Source of the DNA: an uncultured Candidatus Saccharibacteria bacterium
Lineage (GTDB): Bacteria > Patescibacteriota > Minisyncoccia > UBA6257 > 2-01-FULL-56-20
NCBI GenBank assembly: GCA_964403045.1
Contig: CAYOEP010000002.1
Location: forward strand, 2,452 to 66,451
Length of the DNA: 64,000 nt
Direction of reading: 5' to 3'
The notes beneath the pieces were generated by a model. That model saw only the letters and a list, made by a program, of their open reading frames with translations. It ran no database searches and was not told the DNA's origin. A program made the position numbers and the translations under genes. The first letter of the stretch is position 1. Each line of letters opens with the position of its first letter. Of the stretch, positions 12,050 through 21,629 are shown piece by piece.

Positions 12050-12775
12050 ATGCGGCGGAAGCTCCTTGTTGCCAACTGGAAGTTATATGTCTCTTCTCCT
12101 GCAGAGGCCCAGCGCCTTGCACAGGACTCAAATGTAGCAGGCGTAGTGCTTTGTCCGCCGTTTCCTTTTCTGTCACTTGTTGCCGGCGCCGCGCCGCGTG
12201 CGGCACTTGGAGCTCAGGATGTTTTTTGGGAACAGGAAGGTGCTTACACAGGAGAAGTTTCAGGAGTGATGCTGCGAAGGATAGGGGTGCGGTATGTGGT
12301 TGTGGGGCATTCCGAGCGTCGGGCACTTTTTGCAGAAGATGACCGGGTGGTGCGGAAAAAGCTCGCCGCTGCACTTGCCGCAAAGCTTGCGCCTATTCTC
12401 TGTGTTGGTGAGCCGAAGAAAGTGTGGCGCAGAGGGATGCTTGCGTCATGGAAGTTTGTGCGGGCGCAGCTTGCTCGTGCACTGCGAGGCCTCCCTTTGG
12501 CTCGGAAAGGATTGTTGGTTGCCTACGAGCCGATTTGGGCAATTGGGGGCAAAGGGAGCGACGATCCTTCGCGGAGCGCGGAGATGGCGAAACGTATCAT
12601 GCGCACGTTTCCCCAAGTTACAAGGGTGCTCTATGGCGGCTCCATTACTTCTCGGAATGTGCGTGCATTTCTTGCCAGAGAAGAAATTGGCGGCGCGCTT
12701 GTGGGCGGTGCGAGCGCACGCTCTGCTGAGTGGCGGCGCATTCTTGCGCAGGTGGGGAAAGTGGGGGGGTCTTGA
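12050..12775 (+). CDS. tpiA: Triosephosphate isomerase
   Basis: ANWK, GHSERR, AYEPIWAIG, LYGGS, LVGGAS. Confidence 0.97.
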   Translation: MRRKLLVANWKLYVSSPAEAQRLAQDSNVAGVVLCPPFPFLSLVAGAAPRAALGAQDVFWEQEGAYTGEVSGVMLRRIGVRYVVVGHSERRALFAEDDRVVRKKLAAALAAKLAPILCVGEPKKVWRRGMLASWKFVRAQLARALRGLPLARKGLLVAYEPIWAIGGKGSDDPSRSAEMAKRIMRTFPQVTRVLYGGSITSRNVRAFLAREEIGGALVGGASARSAEWRRILAQVGKVGGS

Positions 12776-12805
12776 TTTTTTTACTGCAGTATGCTATGAT
12801 GCGTG

Positions 12806-12902
12806 GCGAATGAGTGCGAATATTTCTTAGCGGCGACGTCGACCAAGAAATATTCCCTCCGCTCTGTTTGGTCCAGCCCCCCCTCGCGGGGGCTGGATTT
12901 TT
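12806..12902 (+). ncRNA. Putative sRNA 'RNA1' (~95 nt)
   Basis: TTGATT(12772)-17-TATGAT(12795) with TG extension; 11-bp hairpin 12818-12855; terminator 12872-12897 plus T5. Confidence 0.65.
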
Positions 12903-12938
12903 GTTGCCCCCCACCTCTCTTCGGGGTATACTTTTTGC

Positions 12939-13035
12939 GTGCGAGGGGCGCTTCCGAGCGGCTGCGAGGAGAGCACTCATTCAGCAAACAGAGCAATGGA
13001 GGTCACCACTCGCAGCCGCTCGGAAGCGCCCTTTC
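12939..13035 (+). ncRNA. Putative structured RNA 'RNA2' (perfect 23-bp stem, 40-nt loop), or murB leader
   Basis: TTGCCC(12904)-17-TATACT(12927); arms 12946-12968 and 13009-13031. Confidence 0.65.
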
Positions 13036-13079
13036 CCCCCACAGGGAATGGGCGAGAGAAAAGGTAATGAACTTGGGTT

Positions 13080-14009
13080 ATGCAGTTTCAGGAATTTATC
13101 CCTCTTTCCCGGTATAGCAGCTTCCGCACGGGAGGGGCGGCACGCTACTTTTTTGCGCCGCGCGACGAGGCAGAGTTGCGCGACGCAGTTGCGTTTTGGG
13201 GCGACAGGCCGCTTTTTGTATTGGGCGGCGGCACCAATGTGATCTTCCACGAGGAGGGATTTCAGGGACTTGTGCTCCATCTTGCGGAACGGCGGATTGA
13301 AGTGGAGGGCGACAAGGTTATCGTTACTGCGGGCACGGAAATGCAGGAATTACTCACCCGCCTCGCGGATGAGGGTCTCTCGGGACTCGAATGGGCGGGA
13401 GGACTTCCTGGGACTGTAGGCGGCGCGGTGCGGGGCAACGCGGGCGCGTTTGGCGGCGAGATGAAGGATGTAGTACGGGAGGTGCGTAGCTTTGACCGTA
13501 CGAGTGGCTGTGAAAGGGTGCGTTCCGCCGATGCGTGTCAGTTCCGCTATCGATCGAGCATTTTCAAACACCTCGGAAGCAGGGAAATTATTCTTTCTGT
13601 GGTGTTGCAGCTCCGCAAGGGAGATCCTGCCGCGATACGGAAGGCAATTCAGGAAAAAATTACTTACCGCCGCATGCGGCATCCCATGGAATATCCCAAT
13701 TCGGGAAGCATTTTCAAGAACGTGCCGCTGGAGCAGTTTCCCTCCGATACCCGCGATCGGTTCCGTGATGTTGTGAAGCATGATCCGTTCCCCGTTGTCC
13801 CCGCCGCCCATCTTATTGCCGCGGCGGGGCTTCGGGGAGTCAGCTGCGGGGGCGCGATGGTATCGCCAAAGCATCCCAACTTCATTGTGAACGTCCTCGC
13901 TGCACATCCCGAGGAAGTGCGCGCCCTTGTTGCTCTTGTGCGCGCGCAGGTGCACGAGCAGTTTGGCGTGATGTTGGAGCCGGAAGTGTTGTTTCTCCCG
14001 CCGCAATAA
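13080..14009 (+). CDS. murB: UDP-N-acetylenolpyruvoylglucosamine reductase
   Basis: LGGGTN, GLPGTVGGAVRGNAGAFG, NSGSIFKN, KHPNFIVN, LEPEV. Confidence 0.96.
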   Translation: MQFQEFIPLSRYSSFRTGGAARYFFAPRDEAELRDAVAFWGDRPLFVLGGGTNVIFHEEGFQGLVLHLAERRIEVEGDKVIVTAGTEMQELLTRLADEGLSGLEWAGGLPGTVGGAVRGNAGAFGGEMKDVVREVRSFDRTSGCERVRSADACQFRYRSSIFKHLGSREIILSVVLQLRKGDPAAIRKAIQEKITYRRMRHPMEYPNSGSIFKNVPLEQFPSDTRDRFRDVVKHDPFPVVPAAHLIAAAGLRGVSCGGAMVSPKHPNFIVNVLAAHPEEVRALVALVRAQVHEQFGVMLEPEVLFLPPQ

Positions 14010-14160
14010 TGAAGTTATCCACACAGCCGGGCTGTTTTTTGTGCGCTTGGATGCTACTATATACAAGAGATAAGTTTTGTAAGTGGGTAGCGGCAAGGTT
14101 TTACACATTTCCCTTGCGCTCATTTTCAAAGGTTCGCAACTTTAAAAAAGTGAGATTTTT

Positions 14161-14421
14161 ATGAGGAAGAAGAGAACGACGACGCGCAGGAAAAGTGCGG
14201 CGACGCGTACGGCGAAAAGAAAGGCAACAGCAAGGAAAAAGACCGCGAAGAAGGCTGCAAGAAAACCGGCGAAGCGGAAAGCGACGCGGCGAACGGCAAC
14301 TCGAAAGAAAACCGCACGCAAAACTACAAGAAAAAGAACAGCACGAAAGACCGCGAAGAAGGCTGCAAAGAAAAGAACTACCAGAAAGCGAACAACGACG
14401 CGCAGGAAACGAAGAAAGTAA
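14161..14421 (+). CDS. Histone H1/Hc-like Lys/Arg-rich basic protein
   Basis: 86 aa almost entirely K/R/T/A with KKTAKKAA repeats; terminator follows. Confidence 0.75.
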   Translation: MRKKRTTTRRKSAATRTAKRKATARKKTAKKAARKPAKRKATRRTATRKKTARKTTRKRTARKTAKKAAKKRTTRKRTTTRRKRRK

Positions 14422-14427
14422 TTTTCT

Positions 14428-14456
14428 CCAACGCCCCTCTTCGAGAGGGGCGTTGT
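14428..14456 (+). terminator. Hairpin after the histone-like gene
   Basis: caacgcccctct/agaggggcgttg. Confidence 0.6.
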
Positions 14457-14498
14457 GGTTGACCACACTCTCTCCTTCGCGTTAAATTAAGAAAAGCA

Positions 14499-14825
14499 AT
14501 GGATTTGCAATTGCATGGCAAAGGGCTTGAAATAACGCCGAGCGTACAGGAGTACGCGAGAAAAAAACTTGCCTTTCTCCGCAGGATTGTTCCGCCGGAA
14601 GAATATGCCGCACTCAAAGTGCAGTTGGGTGTCGCGCGCACGACACGCCATCACTATAAGGGTTGTGTGTACCGGATTTCACTTAAGGTACAAGCGGGAC
14701 GGGGGGTGTGGCATGCGGCTGTTCCCGCAGCAAATGTACGGGAAGGCATCGATAAAGCAAAAGATCTTCTCAAGCGAAGGATTGTCACCGGGAAAGAAGA
14801 ACTTCGGGCGCGCAGGCGGGCGTAG
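14499..14825 (+). CDS. hpf: Ribosome hibernation factor (HPF/RaiA family)
   Basis: GKGLEITPSVQEYARKKL...IDKAKDLLKRRI; upstream of secA as is usual. Confidence 0.85.
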   Translation: MDLQLHGKGLEITPSVQEYARKKLAFLRRIVPPEEYAALKVQLGVARTTRHHYKGCVYRISLKVQAGRGVWHAAVPAANVREGIDKAKDLLKRRIVTGKEELRARRRA

Positions 14826-14897
14826 AAGCTTGCCACCTGACCTTTCGCACGCGCACACTCGCGTCCTTCGTTGCGTTGGCGCGCAGTAAGGGAAAAA

Positions 14898-17504
14898 ATG
14901 CTTTCATTTCTTAAGAATTTTTCAGAACAACGAGTGCTCAAGAGGCTCCGACGTGAAGTTGCAAAGATTAATGCTTTGGAGCAGCACTATGTTTCTCTGC
15001 AAGATGCAGAGCTCCGCACTGCTGCCGCGCGTTTACAAGAAGAGGCACGCGGGGGGCAGTCGCTTGACGCACTGCTGCCGCGCGCCTTTGCGCTTGTGCG
15101 GGAAGTTGCGCGGCGTACTCTTCATCAGCGCCCTTTCGATGTACAGTTGATGGGTGGAATTGTTCTGCACCGTGGCGGAGTTGCGGAAATGGTGACGGGC
15201 GAGGGGAAGACGCTTGCGGCGGTTGCGCCCGCATATCTCAATGCTTTGCCGGGGAAGGGGGTGCATGTGGTAACAGTCAATGAATATCTTGCCCGCCGCG
15301 ACGCGGTATGGATGGGGCAAATTTACCACTTCCTTGGCCTTCGGGTTGCCTGCCTTGTTCCCAATGGAGCATTTCTCTACGATCCTGAGTGGAAAATTTC
15401 CCAAGAAGACCGTGAAGAATTGGATGCGGATCGGGATGCGAAAGGGAGTTTTCTTGTGCATCACGAGTATCTCCGTCCGGTAAGCAGGCGTGAAGCATAC
15501 CGTGCGGATGTAGTATATGGAACCAACCATGAATTTGGGTTCGATTATTTAAGGGACAATCTTGCGCATACGATCGATGCGCAAGTGCAGCGTGGTCATT
15601 TCTATGCCATCGTGGATGAGGTGGATAGTATTCTCATTGATGAGGCACGCACGCCGCTTATTATCTCTGCTCCTGATAAGGAATCGAGTAGTTTCTACAA
15701 AACGTTTGCCCGGGTGGTTGCCAAGCTGGTGCCGGAAAGAGATTACCTCGTGGACGAGAAGCTGCGTTCGGTAAGCATCACCCCCGAGGGCATTGCGAAA
15801 GTGGAGCGCATGGTGGGCATCCAGAATCTCTACGCGCCAGAAAATATGCAGCTTGTGCATTATCTCGAAGAGAGTCTCAAGGCTCGCGCGCTCTTTCGTC
15901 GCGACAGGGATTATGTAGTCAAGGATGGCGAAGTAATTATTGTGGATGAATTTACAGGGCGCCTTCTCCGCGGTCGCCGCTACAGTGGGGGGCTGCATCA
16001 GGCAATTGAGGCGAAGGAGGGAGTGAAGATACAGGAAGAATCCCGTACGCTCGCCAAAATTTCTATTCAGAACTATTTCCGCCTTTACCAAAAGTTGGCG
16101 GGAATGACAGGCACGGCGCAGACGTCCGCAGAGGAATTCTATAAGGTATATGGGCTGGAAGTGGTAAGTATCCCTACAAACAAGCCGCTTATCCGTCGCG
16201 ACCTTCCTGACGTTATTTACAAAACGTTTGATGCAAAACTTCGGGCGATTACTGAGGATGTTGCTCGTCGCCACCGAAAGGGACAACCAGTACTGGTGGG
16301 AACTGTTTCTATCGAAAAGAACGAAATTGTTTCTTCCTACTTTCGCCGCGCGGGCATTCCCCATGAAGTCTTGAACGCAAAAAATAATGAGCGTGAGGGC
16401 GCGATTATCGCGCAGGCAGGGAAGCTTGGCGCAGTGACGGTAGCAACTAATATGGCGGGGCGCGGGGTCGACATCATTCTTGGCGGCAATCCTCCGGATC
16501 CCCACGAAGCAGAGAAAGTGCGCGCGCTTGGGGGGCTGCATGTAATTGGTACTGAGCGTCATGAGGCGAGGCGCATTGACGACCAGCTCCGCGGCCGCGC
16601 CGGGCGTCAGGGAGACCCAGGATCAAGCCAGTTTTTTCTTTCTCTTGAAGATGACCTTCTACGCATTTTTGGTGGTGACAAGGTGAAGCGGATGATGGAA
16701 ACACTCCGCATTCCTGAGGACCAGCCGATTGAACTTGGCATTGTCTCCCGTGCGGTTGCACAGGCGCAGGCAAAGGTGGAAGGGGCAAATTTTGATCTGC
16801 GCAAGCACCTCTTGGAATACGATGACGTATTGAACAAGCAGCGCATGGCAGTTTACCAAGAACGGCAGAAAATTTTGCAGGCTTCCCAGGGCACACCCTT
16901 GGCGGAATTCCTCTCCCACATCTGCATGCGCTATCTGGAAAAAATGGCGCGCGAATTTTTTGGCCCGCATGGCGGCGAATTGGACGAAGCACAATTCAGT
17001 CGCTTAGAAAAGGTATTCCGCGAGGCGGGCATTGTGACTCCCACTGCGCCGTTCCCTCGATTTTCCGAAGCAACCTCTTCTCGGGAGGGGCTCCTTGCCG
17101 CACTCCGCGATCTTCTTAAGAAGAGGAGCGAGGAAATTGCATCCTTCCCCGCGCTCGCAAGCCGGTTGCTTTCTCTTCTCGATCTCCTTTGGATGCACCA
17201 CCTTGAGGCACTAGAGGCGTTGAGTGAATCAGTGCGCCTCCGCGCCTATGGCCAGAAGGATCCGCTGGTTGAATATAAAAGGGAAGCGCACCTCCTCTAC
17301 CAGGAATTTTGGCTCAAGTTCCAAGAGTGGGTTTTCTACAACATATTCCGTATTTCGTTTGACAATGCTGCGACGCAGCCATCCCACCTTGCCCCGCGCG
17401 TTGCTACTGTTGCGGGGGGCGACAAAGGGAAAATAGGGCGCAACGAGCCCTGCCCGTGTGGATCGGGAAAGAAATACAAAAAGTGCCATGGACGCAGTGT
17501 CTGA
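14898..17504 (+). CDS. secA: Preprotein translocase ATPase SecA
   Basis: [36 protein letters not shown]-terminal [13 protein letters not shown]. Confidence 0.99.
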   Translation: MLSFLKNFSEQRVLKRLRREVAKINALEQHYVSLQDAELRTAAARLQEEARGGQSLDALLPRAFALVREVARRTLHQRPFDVQLMGGIVLHRGGVAEMVTGEGKTLAAVAPAYLNALPGKGVHVVTVNEYLARRDAVWMGQIYHFLGLRVACLVPNGAFLYDPEWKISQEDREELDADRDAKGSFLVHHEYLRPVSRREAYRADVVYGTNHEFGFDYLRDNLAHTIDAQVQRGHFYAIVDEVDSILIDEARTPLIISAPDKESSSFYKTFARVVAKLVPERDYLVDEKLRSVSITPEGIAKVERMVGIQNLYAPENMQLVHYLEESLKARALFRRDRDYVVKDGEVIIVDEFTGRLLRGRRYSGGLHQAIEAKEGVKIQEESRTLAKISIQNYFRLYQKLAGMTGTAQTSAEEFYKVYGLEVVSIPTNKPLIRRDLPDVIYKTFDAKLRAITEDVARRHRKGQPVLVGTVSIEKNEIVSSYFRRAGIPHEVLNAKNNEREGAIIAQAGKLGAVTVATNMAGRGVDIILGGNPPDPHEAEKVRALGGLHVIGTERHEARRIDDQLRGRAGRQGDPGSSQFFLSLEDDLLRIFGGDKVKRMMETLRIPEDQPIELGIVSRAVAQAQAKVEGANFDLRKHLLEYDDVLNKQRMAVYQERQKILQASQGTPLAEFLSHICMRYLEKMAREFFGPHGGELDEAQFSRLEKVFREAGIVTPTAPFPRFSEATSSREGLLAALRDLLKKRSEEIASFPALASRLLSLLDLLWMHHLEALEALSESVRLRAYGQKDPLVEYKREAHLLYQEFWLKFQEWVFYNIFRISFDNAATQPSHLAPRVATVAGGDKGKIGRNEPCPCGSGKKYKKCHGRSV

Positions 17505-17517
17505 GATATTTCGGGAA

Positions 17518-18498
17518 ATGTTCTTCTCGCCACGAATATGGAAGAAAGCGGTTCTCTCCTTGGGGCTCTTGCTGCTTGTCGCCGCAATTCTTTTCAATCT
17601 GTATTTACTGTTCCTTTTTAGCGCGCCCCAGAAGAGTGCTCCTGTGGAAGAATTTACTGTGCCTCGGGGAGCTTCTGTCGCCGAAGTGTCCCAACTTCTT
17701 TGGCGGAACGGTATTATCAGGAGTCCTTGGGCATTTGCGGTAGCTTTGGGAGGGAAGACTATCCGCGCCGGGGGCTATTACCTCTCCAAGGCAATGAATG
17801 CGTGGGAGGTTGCAGCTACGCTCGCAGGAGACCCTTTCTTTCTGTGGGTGGTCGTTCCTGAAGGGCTCCGCAAAGAAGAAATTGCCGACATCTTTGCCGA
17901 AAAACTTGGCTGGAGCGAGGAGGAGCGACGCGCGTTCCTCTCTGCGCCTGAGGGAGAGGAAGGAATACTCAATGACGGGATGTACTTTCCAGATACCTAT
18001 CTTGTGCCAAAAGATGTGAAGGGAAAAGAAATGGCACAACGGATGTTTCGCCACTTCAATGAGGTTTTTTCGCCGCTCGCGAAAGAATTTTTACAAAAAA
18101 ACATTAAGTGGGATACCGCACTCACGCTCGCATCGCTGGTCCAGCGAGAAGCATCGCGGCGTGATATGGCGCTTGTGGCGGGTATTTTGTGGAATCGCCT
18201 CTTACGGGGAATGCGTCTGGAAGTGGATGCCACGGTACAGTATGCAAGAGGGAAAACTAAGAAAGGATGGTGGGCTCCTATTACAAAAGAAGATAAGCAA
18301 ATTGATTCTCCCTATAACACTTATCTCCACTACGGCCTCCCGCCAGCTCCTATTGCAAATCCGGGACGCCGCGCAATCGAGGCAGTTTTACGCCCTGCGG
18401 CAACAAAGTGTCTCTATTACCTCCACCGCGACAGCCGTATTTATTGCGCCGAGACCTACGAGGAACATCTGCGAAATATAAGGCGCGTTCTCCGGTGA
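17518..18498 (+). CDS. mltG: Endolytic transglycosylase MltG (start uncertain)
   Basis: TM anchor, VPEG, FPDTY, LASLVQRE, SPYNTYLHYGLPPAPIANPG. Confidence 0.92.
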   Translation: MFFSPRIWKKAVLSLGLLLLVAAILFNLYLLFLFSAPQKSAPVEEFTVPRGASVAEVSQLLWRNGIIRSPWAFAVALGGKTIRAGGYYLSKAMNAWEVAATLAGDPFFLWVVVPEGLRKEEIADIFAEKLGWSEEERRAFLSAPEGEEGILNDGMYFPDTYLVPKDVKGKEMAQRMFRHFNEVFSPLAKEFLQKNIKWDTALTLASLVQREASRRDMALVAGILWNRLLRGMRLEVDATVQYARGKTKKGWWAPITKEDKQIDSPYNTYLHYGLPPAPIANPGRRAIEAVLRPAATKCLYYLHRDSRIYCAETYEEHLRNIRRVLR

Positions 18499-18551
18499 AG
18501 TATTGAGAGTAGCCGTCGCCCCCCTGCACGAGATTCTGTACACCTGCGCAC

Positions 18552-18622
18552 AAAAAAAAGAAAAAAAGAAAAAAAGAAAAAAAGAAAAGAAAAGAAAAGA
18601 AAAGAAAAGAAAAAAGGGAGGG
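18552..18622. repeat. 71-nt pure-purine simple repeat, about four A7G units then five A4G units
   Basis: Read directly; flanked by inverted repeat ctgtacacct(18536)/aggtgtacag(18629). Confidence 0.95.
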
Positions 18623-18783
18623 CATTCAAGGTGTACAGCCTTGCGCCCCCCCTTTTGCGGACAAGATTGGTTTTCAAAATGAGGAACTATGAGGAAGCAT
18701 AACTGTGTTCCTATGGATCCGTCAAGGTGGAGGCTGTGGATTTCTCTTTGCGCGCGTGGGGGAACATGGTATATATGAGTGAG

Positions 18784-19560
18784 ATGGAAGGGAGAAAGGT
18801 ACTTTTGGTAGTTATCGCCGCGGTGGGCCTTGGGGCGCTGGTGGTGGCTGCATTATTCTTTTTCCCCTTCTTTTCCCAAACAGTCGAAGATTTACAGCGA
18901 ACTTCAAAGGAGATGAACCATATTACACTTACTACTGAAGATAACGTCCGTATTTCGGCGGACTACTATCCAGCTTCGGGATCACAAGGAGCATTGCTGC
19001 TCCACATGATGCCTGCCACAAAGGAATCTTGGAGGGGATTTGCGGCGAAACTGCAGCGCCTTGGCGTGAAGGTGCTTGCCATCGATTTGCGCGGCCATGG
19101 CCAATCAGAAGGGGGGCCTGACGGATTTCGATCATTTTCTGATGTTCAGCACCAGGAAAGCATTGCTGACGTGGCAGCAGGTGCGCGCTATCTTGCAGAA
19201 CAGGGAGTTGCAGAAAAAAACCTTAGCGTGATCGGTGCTTCCATCGGCGCGAATTTAGCCCTTTGGTATGGGGCAATGCATCCTGCAGTGTCGCGCATTG
19301 TTCTTCTCTCGCCGGGCCTCAACTATCGCGGTATCGAAACGCTCCCGCTGGCAGGAAAATTGCAGGCGTCTCAGCGGGTATTTATCGCGGCTTCGCGGGA
19401 TGACGACGGCAACGCCGATATGGCACGTCAGATTTTTGAAGCGCTTCCGGAAAATACTGCAAATCGCCTGGTTATTTATCGTGCCGCCGGGCACGGCACT
19501 TCGATGTTTGGCAAGGAGAAGCCCGATCTCGAAGAAGAAATTCTCGACTGGCTCTACTGA
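18784..19560 (+). CDS. Membrane-anchored alpha/beta hydrolase (start 18775 or 18784)
   Basis: TM helix, IDLRGHG, GASIG nucleophile elbow, GHG. Confidence 0.88.
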   Translation: MEGRKVLLVVIAAVGLGALVVAALFFFPFFSQTVEDLQRTSKEMNHITLTTEDNVRISADYYPASGSQGALLLHMMPATKESWRGFAAKLQRLGVKVLAIDLRGHGQSEGGPDGFRSFSDVQHQESIADVAAGARYLAEQGVAEKNLSVIGASIGANLALWYGAMHPAVSRIVLLSPGLNYRGIETLPLAGKLQASQRVFIAASRDDDGNADMARQIFEALPENTANRLVIYRAAGHGTSMFGKEKPDLEEEILDWLY

Positions 19561-19612
19561 AGCCTTGTAGGGGCACTTGACATCTGCGGTATTTTATTAT
19601 AGTATATCGCAC

Positions 19613-21208
19613 ATGTCACAGTGGAACTCGTTTTTTGTTCGAGCATACAGCGCAGCGATCGCAGCAGTGATTGGCGCCCCGCTTATTGCTGCAGCGGCAG
19701 GCGCTCCTTTTGTCGCTACTTTCTCGGCGACTGCGGTAAGTGTTTCGAGTGCGACGCTGCAAGGGAGCGTGAATGCGAACGGCGCGCCGACGACTGTCTG
19801 GTTTGAGTGGGGCACCTCGCCTGCTTTTGGCAATACGACTTCTCCGCAGAGTGTCGCGGCCGATCTCGCGGGGGCGCATATCACAGCGAGCCTTTTTGGG
19901 CTCCAGCCCGGCACAATTTACTACTACCGTGCAGTGGCGAGGAACGCATACGGCACGACCTATGGGAATTCACTCAGTTTTGCCACCCTGCAGGCACCGG
20001 GTGGACTGGGATCTTCACAGAGTACCGACAATGTGTTCGGAGGCGGAAGCGTGTCTTCCGCAGTTGGTGAACGTCCTGTTATCGGAAATGTGTCCTCGGA
20101 GGAAATTTCTCCTACCTCCGTGCGATTGGAAGGCTATGTAGATCCGCGCGCTGCCCAAGCACGGGTGTGGGTTGAGTATGAGCGTGGCGGCGCGGGGCCA
20201 ATACGGAGAACAGCTGCACAGTTCGTGACAAGTGGTTCACGCAGTCCCAATGTTGCCTTTGTGCTCACAGGACTTGTTCCGCATTCGTTCTATGGGTTTC
20301 GCTTGGTAGCGGAAAATGAGTTTGGAAAATCGATCGGCGGCTGGAGTGGATTTTTCACTCCTTCTCCGTATGCGGGCGCTCCTGTGCCGTCTCCAGTTAT
20401 TGCTCCGCCGCAGCAAGCGCCGCAAGGAGGCGCAACAGTTGTTGCTGCTCCTTCCCGCACAGCGACGGCACCTTCCCCGACGCGGCATACCTCACGCTCT
20501 TCCTGCACGGCATTGCGCGCTGGGCAGTTGCTTTCGCTCCAGCATTTTGTCAGCAGCAAGCATATTACGCCAGGGGATATGTTCCATTACACTCTCACCT
20601 ATACAGCGAGCTCCACTTCGCTTGCCGCGCTGACGGCGAGAGTTATCCTCCCGCAGGGTGTGAGCTATGTGGATTCCAATATTCCTCCCGTGGATGCGAA
20701 TCGGAGAGTGTTAGAATTTTCTATTGGCGATCTCGGCGCTGGCGGCGCGGGGGCGCTGGATCTCACGCTCCGCGCTTCCCCCGCGCTCCGCGCTCCAGGC
20801 TCGCTGGTATTCAACGCGGCGGTCTCCTTCCACGCGGGAGGCGAAGAGCTACAGGCGAATCAGTATCTTGCTCTCCAAAATAGTGCCGCGGAAAAGAATT
20901 CACTTTTAGCGAACGTGCTCCACATTCTTGGCGTCTCGTTGCTATGGGGGCTTGTGGGCGTGCTGATCTTAGGGATTGGGTTTTTCCTCGCGCGGCGGCG
21001 AAAACAGCGCGCCGCGCTGCGAGAGACGGTGGCAACAGATATTGCCCCTACGCCTTCTGACGGGGAGCAACAAGATGGATTTCAAAGCCTCCTGCATTTT
21101 GGGGAGGAGAACGATGAGGATACAGCAGATCGTTCTGTAGAGGAGAATCACCTTTCTCCGCCGCCTGTGGCGGAAGGAACAGCACTGGAACCGCCTGCCG
21201 CACCGTAA
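19613..21208 (+). CDS. Cell-surface protein with FN3-like repeats, DUF11-like domain and C-terminal TM
   Basis: Two ATLxGxV..VWFEW/Y..GL.P.T.YYYR-type units; YTLTY..ILPQGVSYV; TM followed by RRRK. Confidence 0.75.
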   Translation: MSQWNSFFVRAYSAAIAAVIGAPLIAAAAGAPFVATFSATAVSVSSATLQGSVNANGAPTTVWFEWGTSPAFGNTTSPQSVAADLAGAHITASLFGLQPGTIYYYRAVARNAYGTTYGNSLSFATLQAPGGLGSSQSTDNVFGGGSVSSAVGERPVIGNVSSEEISPTSVRLEGYVDPRAAQARVWVEYERGGAGPIRRTAAQFVTSGSRSPNVAFVLTGLVPHSFYGFRLVAENEFGKSIGGWSGFFTPSPYAGAPVPSPVIAPPQQAPQGGATVVAAPSRTATAPSPTRHTSRSSCTALRAGQLLSLQHFVSSKHITPGDMFHYTLTYTASSTSLAALTARVILPQGVSYVDSNIPPVDANRRVLEFSIGDLGAGGAGALDLTLRASPALRAPGSLVFNAAVSFHAGGEELQANQYLALQNSAAEKNSLLANVLHILGVSLLWGLVGVLILGIGFFLARRRKQRAALRETVATDIAPTPSDGEQQDGFQSLLHFGEENDEDTADRSVEENHLSPPPVAEGTALEPPAAP

Positions 21209-21252
21209 GGAATTTCAGCAGAGTTTTTGCCGTTGGTGTGGTATACTAAAAG

Positions 21253-21383
21253 GGAAGGCTCCTTTTCCGCGCCGCTGGGGTGCGCCATTACGTTGTGTCT
21301 ACCTCCTTTTGCGAAACCAGCCGCGGCGTCCCAGCGGCGCATTCTCCTCAAGGGTGTGGTGGATAGTCGCCGCACCCCCTTTT
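21253..21383 (+). ncRNA. Putative sRNA: ~16-bp stem, 38-nt loop with ACCUCCUUUU, terminator
   Basis: TGG-TATACT at 21239-21247; stem 21269-21286/21325-21340; terminator 21352-21377 with G-U pairs valid on +. Confidence 0.65.
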
Positions 21384-21414
21384 GCCAAGAAGAAATTATT
21401 GCTACACTATGCCT

Positions 21415-21615
21415 ATGCTTACCCTGGAACAAATTACTTCCCTTATCAGTTTGGTTATCTCCATCGCGGTTTTGGGAGTGTTGCTGAGCCAGTGGCGTAG
21501 GATGCAGAGCGGAGGAGAGCATGACAGGAACTGGATTAAAATTCTCCTCGTTGCGGCGGTAATAGGATTTGTACTTGCGGTATTTCCTATTGTGCGGATT
21601 TTCTTTCCCTTTTAG
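21415..21615 (+). CDS. Small two-TM membrane protein
   Basis: Two hydrophobic helices; TACACT six nt upstream of ATG. Confidence 0.65.
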   Translation: MLTLEQITSLISLVISIAVLGVLLSQWRRMQSGGEHDRNWIKILLVAAVIGFVLAVFPIVRIFFPF

Positions 21616-21629
21616 GGAACACGTGCTCC

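Noticed and set aside
12806-13035. Retron msr-msd, tmRNA, SRP or 6S RNA
   Set aside because: No reverse transcriptase nearby; no tRNA-like ends with a T-arm, no SRP domain IV consensus, no central-bubble rod of 6S length. An Rfam search is still needed to exclude divergent forms.
14142-14468. Hydrophobic 108-aa minus-strand ORF
   Set aside because: Mirror of the Lys/Arg-rich gene; the upstream motif and gene context favour the + strand.
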